Positions 60,034 through 64,000 of a stretch of 64,000 nucleotides of DNA are shown piece by piece. The stretch comes from Halioglobus sp. (lineage in GTDB: Bacteria > Pseudomonadota > Gammaproteobacteria > Pseudomonadales > Halieaceae), in assembly GCA_965227955.1 (NCBI GenBank), contig OZ245784.1:2206031-2270030 (forward strand), written 5' to 3'. Position 1 is the first letter of the stretch. Every line of letters begins with the position of its first letter. Under the pieces are notes generated by a model. That model was given only the letters and a program-made list of their open reading frames with translations. It did not search any database and had not been told where the DNA came from. The translations under genes and the position numbers were made by a program.

Positions 60034-60939
60034 CTACCCGGGCGGCTGGGCGCCGGTCTCGAGGTTGCGCCGGAGCGTATCGGCCCGCTTGTCGGGACCG
60101 TCGTGAGTCCACCCCGGGGCGAGAAACAGGTAGCGCAGGCGGTCGCGCCAGTTATCCGCTCGCCAGAAGTCCCGCCAGATCGAACGGTACTCGTGAAATG
60201 CCACCGTGAGAATCGCGTCCGACTCCAGGTTGGTGGTCAGCCCGTACTTTACGGGATCGTCGTCCCGCTCCGGCGCAAAAGTGCCGAACAGCCTGTCCCA
60301 GACAATGAGCACACCGCCGTGGTTGCGATCGAGGTACCGCACATTGGAGCCGTGGTGTACGCGGTGGTGCGACGGCGTGTTGAAGACCGCCTCGACCCCG
60401 GGATGCAGCCGGCCCACGGCCCGGGTGTGTATCCAGAACTGGTAGAACAGGCTGAGGCTGATCATGGTGATGATCATCGCCGGGTCGAAGCCGAGCAGTG
60501 GCAGCCACAGCCAGAACAGGAACTTGTGGATACGCTCGCCTACACCCTGGCGTAAAGCGGTGGCGAAATTCAGGTATTGTGACGAGTGATGGTTGACGTG
60601 CCCTGCCCAGAACAGGCGGATCTCGTGGTTGCTGCGGTGGAACCAGTAGTAGGAAAAGTCATCGAGCAGGAACAGCAACAGCCACGCCCACCACTGCCGC
60701 CCGACCACGTCGCGCAGGGGACTGACCTCGTGCAGCCACACCATGAGCGCCAGGGCGGCGATGCGCGGCAGCACCTCCACCAGCAGGGAGAGGCCACCCA
60801 TCGCCAGGGAGGCGATGGTATCGCCGCGACGATACCACTCGTGCCCCCGACGCCGGGCGAAGCGCATCTCCAACAGCAGGGCCAGGATGTACAGCGGCAC
60901 CGCGAATACTGTGAGGTCGTCTTTAAGGAATTCCTGCAC
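60034..60939 (-). CDS. Sterol desaturase / fatty-acid hydroxylase family membrane protein
   Basis: Histidine boxes HRSNHE, HVNHH and HHRVHH. Several TM helices. Confidence 0.85.
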   Translation of the reverse strand: MQEFLKDDLTVFAVPLYILALLLEMRFARRRGHEWYRRGDTIASLAMGGLSLLVEVLPRIAALALMVWLHEVSPLRDVVGRQWWAWLLLFLLDDFSYYWFHRSNHEIRLFWAGHVNHHSSQYLNFATALRQGVGERIHKFLFWLWLPLLGFDPAMIITMISLSLFYQFWIHTRAVGRLHPGVEAVFNTPSHHRVHHGSNVRYLDRNHGGVLIVWDRLFGTFAPERDDDPVKYGLTTNLESDAILTVAFHEYRSIWRDFWRADNWRDRLRYLFLAPGWTHDGPDKRADTLRRNLETGAQPPG

Positions 60940-61043
60940 GAGTCTCTGGCCTGCCGTGAAGCACGGGGGAATTCAGGCCAATTTTACGCCATTTGCGTCA
61001 CCGCACCAGAGCGGTGTGGGAGGCGCGGCCACAGGGCCCCACA

Positions 61044-61553
61044 CTACAGTGGCCGGTAGTCCCCGTGCCCCGGCGCCCGGATGTCCAGGGAGTTCAATTG
61101 CAATCCGCCGGCGGCGAGGTCATCCAGTCCGCTGGGGAAACTGTGCACCCAGTCCGCCACGTAACGCCGCCTGGAGATCCGCCACTCCCCGTCGCGCTTT
61201 TCCAGTTCGTCCAGGTAGCGACCGCCGAACAAGGTGTCCACCTTGTCGCCCGCCTCGTTTTCCACCGTGCCCAGGCTCAGGCCGTAGCACTCGCTCCGCG
61301 CGGTCTCCCCCTTTACCTGCACCAGTACGCTGCTGCTCATATGCCAGCGCTGCAGGGAGGCCGCCTCTACCGACATGACGACGGGCACCCAGTCCTTTCC
61401 CGAGCCCTCAAAAAAACCGTAGTCGATCTCGGCATCCGGCCAGAAGCAGTCCTGCTGCCCCGCCTCGTCCAGCCAGTCAAGGGTGCGCCCGTAGCGCACC
61501 AGCACATCCTCGCACGCCTTCCTGTCCAGCAGCTCCTGCAGTTCTGCTTCCAT
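61044..61553 (-). CDS. NTF2-fold (SnoaL_4-like) protein
   Basis: Segments CEDVLVRYGRTLDWLD and GRYLDELEKRDGEWRISRR are typical of this fold. Confidence 0.65.
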   Translation of the reverse strand: MEAELQELLDRKACEDVLVRYGRTLDWLDEAGQQDCFWPDAEIDYGFFEGSGKDWVPVVMSVEAASLQRWHMSSSVLVQVKGETARSECYGLSLGTVENEAGDKVDTLFGGRYLDELEKRDGEWRISRRRYVADWVHSFPSGLDDLAAGGLQLNSLDIRAPGHGDYRPL

Positions 61554-61593
61554 CGCTTGCTTTCCTCTGTCAATTATTTTTGCACGGGCCGAC

Positions 61594-62430
61594 CTAGCCG
61601 CCGAAGCGGGCGACCAGCTGGTTGTGCATCATGCCCTCCGCGCGCTCGCGCATCACGGTCTTCCACTCGGGATGGGTGATGATCCAGAAATCGTTGGCCC
61701 CGATCGCTGCGAGCACCTGCTCCGCAACATCAGCCGGGGACATACCCGCATCGACGATGGCGCCCGCCAACTCGCTGAACTCCGTATCGGTACCCGATTC
61801 ACGACCGGGACCCATTCCCGCCGACTCACGGTTGCGCCCGCTCTCGCAGATACGCGTCTGCACCGCCCCCGGGCAGAGCACCGAGGCGCCGATCGGCAGA
61901 TCACCCTCGTCCAGTTCGATGCGCAGGGTCTCGGTCAACGCCACCACACCGAACTTGGCGACATTGTAGGGACCGATGTTCGCCGAGGCCTGCAGCCCCG
62001 CAGTGGAAGCTGTATTGACGAAGTGCCCCTCCCCGGCGCTGCGCACGAGGGGCAGGAATACGCTGATACCGTAGATGACACTCCACAGGTCGACACCCAG
62101 CACCCATTGCCAGTCCTCATCGGTGAGTTCCTCCAGCGTGCCGGCGCGGACCACCCCCGCATTGTTGTGCAACACGTTGACCTGCCCGTAGCGGTCCAGC
62201 GTCTGCCGGGCCAATTCCTCCAGCGGCGCCCGTCGGCTCACATCGGTCGGCACACCGAAAACGTCGTGACCGGCGTCGCGCAGCGCCGCAACAGCGGCGT
62301 CCAGAGGGCCCTCCTCGATATCCGCCAGCACCACCTTCATGCCCTCCCGGGCAAAGCGGGTGGCGGTGGCCAGGCCGATCCCGCTGGCGGCGCCGGTGAC
62401 GACGGCGACCTTTTCTCGCAAGTCCTTCAT
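61594..62430 (-). CDS. Short-chain dehydrogenase/reductase (SDR)
   Basis: Motifs VAVVTGAASGIGLA, NNAG and YNVAKFG (YxxxK). The start at 62430 (MKDLREK) is inferred. Confidence 0.9.
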   Translation of the reverse strand: MKDLREKVAVVTGAASGIGLATATRFAREGMKVVLADIEEGPLDAAVAALRDAGHDVFGVPTDVSRRAPLEELARQTLDRYGQVNVLHNNAGVVRAGTLEELTDEDWQWVLGVDLWSVIYGISVFLPLVRSAGEGHFVNTASTAGLQASANIGPYNVAKFGVVALTETLRIELDEGDLPIGASVLCPGAVQTRICESGRNRESAGMGPGRESGTDTEFSELAGAIVDAGMSPADVAEQVLAAIGANDFWIITHPEWKTVMRERAEGMMHNQLVARFGG

Positions 62431-62687
62431 GGTGAATCCCTGTAACGTTTTCCGTCTGCGACCCTGTAACATACAGCAGCCGGCACCCGGAATTCCAACG
62501 CCCCGGGTGCCGGACACCCCGCGAAGCAAGGGCCTGCTCAACAAGGTAAGCCTGTTTCCTATCTGTTTCTTCCGAAAGAGCCGCCAGTCTCGGCTAGACT
62601 AGTGAAAACTGCGCTGCAAATTGCGTCATCGAGCCGTCACAGCCGGCTGGTACAGATAGTGGCGATGAGCCCACGGAGGAGAAACGC

Positions 62688-64000
62688 ATGAGACTGTTTT
62701 TTAAGACCCTGGTAATCGCCCTGGCCCTGGGTGGATTGGGCGCTAACCCGGTATATGCGGATCCTTTCGTGTTCGTCTCGCTCCCGGACACCCAGGTCTA
62801 CGCGGAGAACCGGTTTCCCGACGGCCGCAGACCGGCAGTCACCGACTCACGCGGCACGGGCGCGCTGTTCTTTGACCAGACACAGTGGATCGTCGACAAC
62901 GCCTCGGACATCGACTACGTGGGACACCTCGGTGACATCGTGCAGCGCGGCGAAAACATCGACCAGTGGAACCTCGCCAAGGATGCCATGAACCTGCTGC
63001 TCAACGCCGACATCCCCCACGGCACGGTGATGGGCAACCACGACGACATCCCGCCGGACTACGCGGACGCCCACGGTGTGAGCTATATAAAGAACTACCT
63101 CGATTACTTCGGCCCCGCGGTGTTTGCCGGGCGCCCCTGGTATGCGGGGAGTTCTCCCGGTGGCGGCGCCAACTGGCAACGCCTGGAACACGACGGCGTC
63201 AAACTGGCGTTCCTCAATTTCAGCATCGATCACCCGGAGAGCGAAATCGAGTGGGCGGAGGGGATACTCAGCGCCAACCCGGATACTATTTTCATCATCG
63301 GCACGCACCGCTACCTGTATGACTTCAAACTGCTGGGGGGCCGCTACGACGAGACCATCGAATCCGACATCTTCGGCACCCTGGTCTACGAGGACAACCC
63401 GGTGCCCGGTGTCGTCGAGCCCAATTCCGGCGAGGAGTTGTTCCAGCGCTTCATCGCGCAGTACCCGAATATTCTCATGGTCCACGCGGGGCACTTTCAC
63501 GGGGAGTGGCTGCGGCTGGACGGCCGCAACCCCGCGAACAAGCTGATCATCCAGATTCTCACGGACTACCAGAGTACCCGCAACGGCGGGGACGGCTACC
63601 TGCGCACGTATACGCTGGATTTCGAGGCGGGCACCTTCAGCTTCGATACCTGGTCGCCGACCCTCGACCGCAAACGCACGGTCATTGACCACTTCGTCGA
63701 GACCATCTACCTGACCTGGGACCAGCGCGAGCAGATCAAGGAGGTTCTGGGTATAGAGTCGGACGCGTTGTACTTCGCCGCGCTGGATGCGCTGCTGAAA
63801 GACTCCCCGGCACCCGACGGCTTCCTGCGGTCCCACCCCGATCTCGACGAGTTTTCCGAGTGGGCCTACTACGAGCGCTACCTCAATGACCTCTTCCTGG
63901 GGGACATACCGCCCGGGTACGAAGACTTCATGGAGTGGGAGGCACTGTGGCTGGCCGCCTTCGCCGCCAACCCCGACGACCCCTTCGACTTCAGCGACTG
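62688..64000 (+). CDS. Secreted calcineurin-like metallophosphoesterase (partial, continues beyond window)
   Basis: Not in the ORF track because it has no stop in the window. My own translation from the ATG at 62688 (GGAGGA upstream) gives MRLFFKTLVIALALGGLGANPVYA (signal), then SLPDTQ, GHLGDIV, GNHDD and HAGHFH metal-binding motifs. The frame stays open to position 64000. Confidence 0.75.
   Translation, partial: MRLFFKTLVIALALGGLGANPVYADPFVFVSLPDTQVYAENRFPDGRRPAVTDSRGTGALFFDQTQWIVDNASDIDYVGHLGDIVQRGENIDQWNLAKDAMNLLLNADIPHGTVMGNHDDIPPDYADAHGVSYIKNYLDYFGPAVFAGRPWYAGSSPGGGANWQRLEHDGVKLAFLNFSIDHPESEIEWAEGILSANPDTIFIIGTHRYLYDFKLLGGRYDETIESDIFGTLVYEDNPVPGVVEPNSGEELFQRFIAQYPNILMVHAGHFHGEWLRLDGRNPANKLIIQILTDYQSTRNGGDGYLRTYTLDFEAGTFSFDTWSPTLDRKRTVIDHFVETIYLTWDQREQIKEVLGIESDALYFAALDALLKDSPAPDGFLRSHPDLDEFSEWAYYERYLNDLFLGDIPPGYEDFMEWEALWLAAFAANPDDPFDFSD

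Overview
The window is GC-rich Gram-negative chromosomal DNA with strong GC3 codon bias. By gene content it looks like an environmental or marine gammaproteobacterium, but that is a guess. I saw no rRNA, tRNA, CRISPR array, transposase or integrase.

Positions 1 to about 45.1 kb form one large PEP-CTERM/exosortase-type exopolysaccharide (EPS) locus. It contains:
- an export operon: ExeA-like ATPase, Wza-like exporter, chain-length determinant, BY-tyrosine kinase and a beta-barrel outer-membrane protein (OMP);
- the PrsK/PrsR/PrsT signalling set, with a second PrsT paralogue;
- one PEP-CTERM substrate protein;
- UDP-sugar dehydrogenase and epimerase genes;
- the exosortase-A-type acyl-CoA ligase / PLP decarboxylase pair;
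- a priming sugar transferase, a low-molecular-weight tyrosine phosphatase and a GGDEF-EAL protein.

The exosortase gene itself is not in the window.

Several poorly understood modules are embedded in the locus:
1. A sigma-54-promoted operon encodes a TAT-signal Cys-containing small protein, a PqqD-like peptide chaperone, an HprK-related P-loop kinase and an uncharacterised nucleotidyltransferase. It resembles a RiPP (ribosomal peptide) tailoring system but has no core cyclase or protease.
2. A cassette encodes a FeeM-like N-acyl amino acid synthase, a ThiF/E1::nitroreductase fusion, a UGT-type glycosyltransferase and a membrane-anchored hexapeptide acyltransferase.
3. An operon encodes an MMPL transporter, a LolA-like protein and an AMIN-domain beta-barrel.

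I found four sequence matches to the -24/-12 sigma-54 consensus. All sit in front of accessory genes, which fits the GAFTGA-containing activator PrsR.

Positions 45.1 to 64 kb carry ordinary metabolic and housekeeping genes: sulfatase, arfB, a nucleoside transporter, luciferase-like monooxygenases, a D-aminoacylase, an SDR and others.

All family names come from motif recognition and memory, not from searches. Many start codons are uncertain because GTG and TTG starts are common here.
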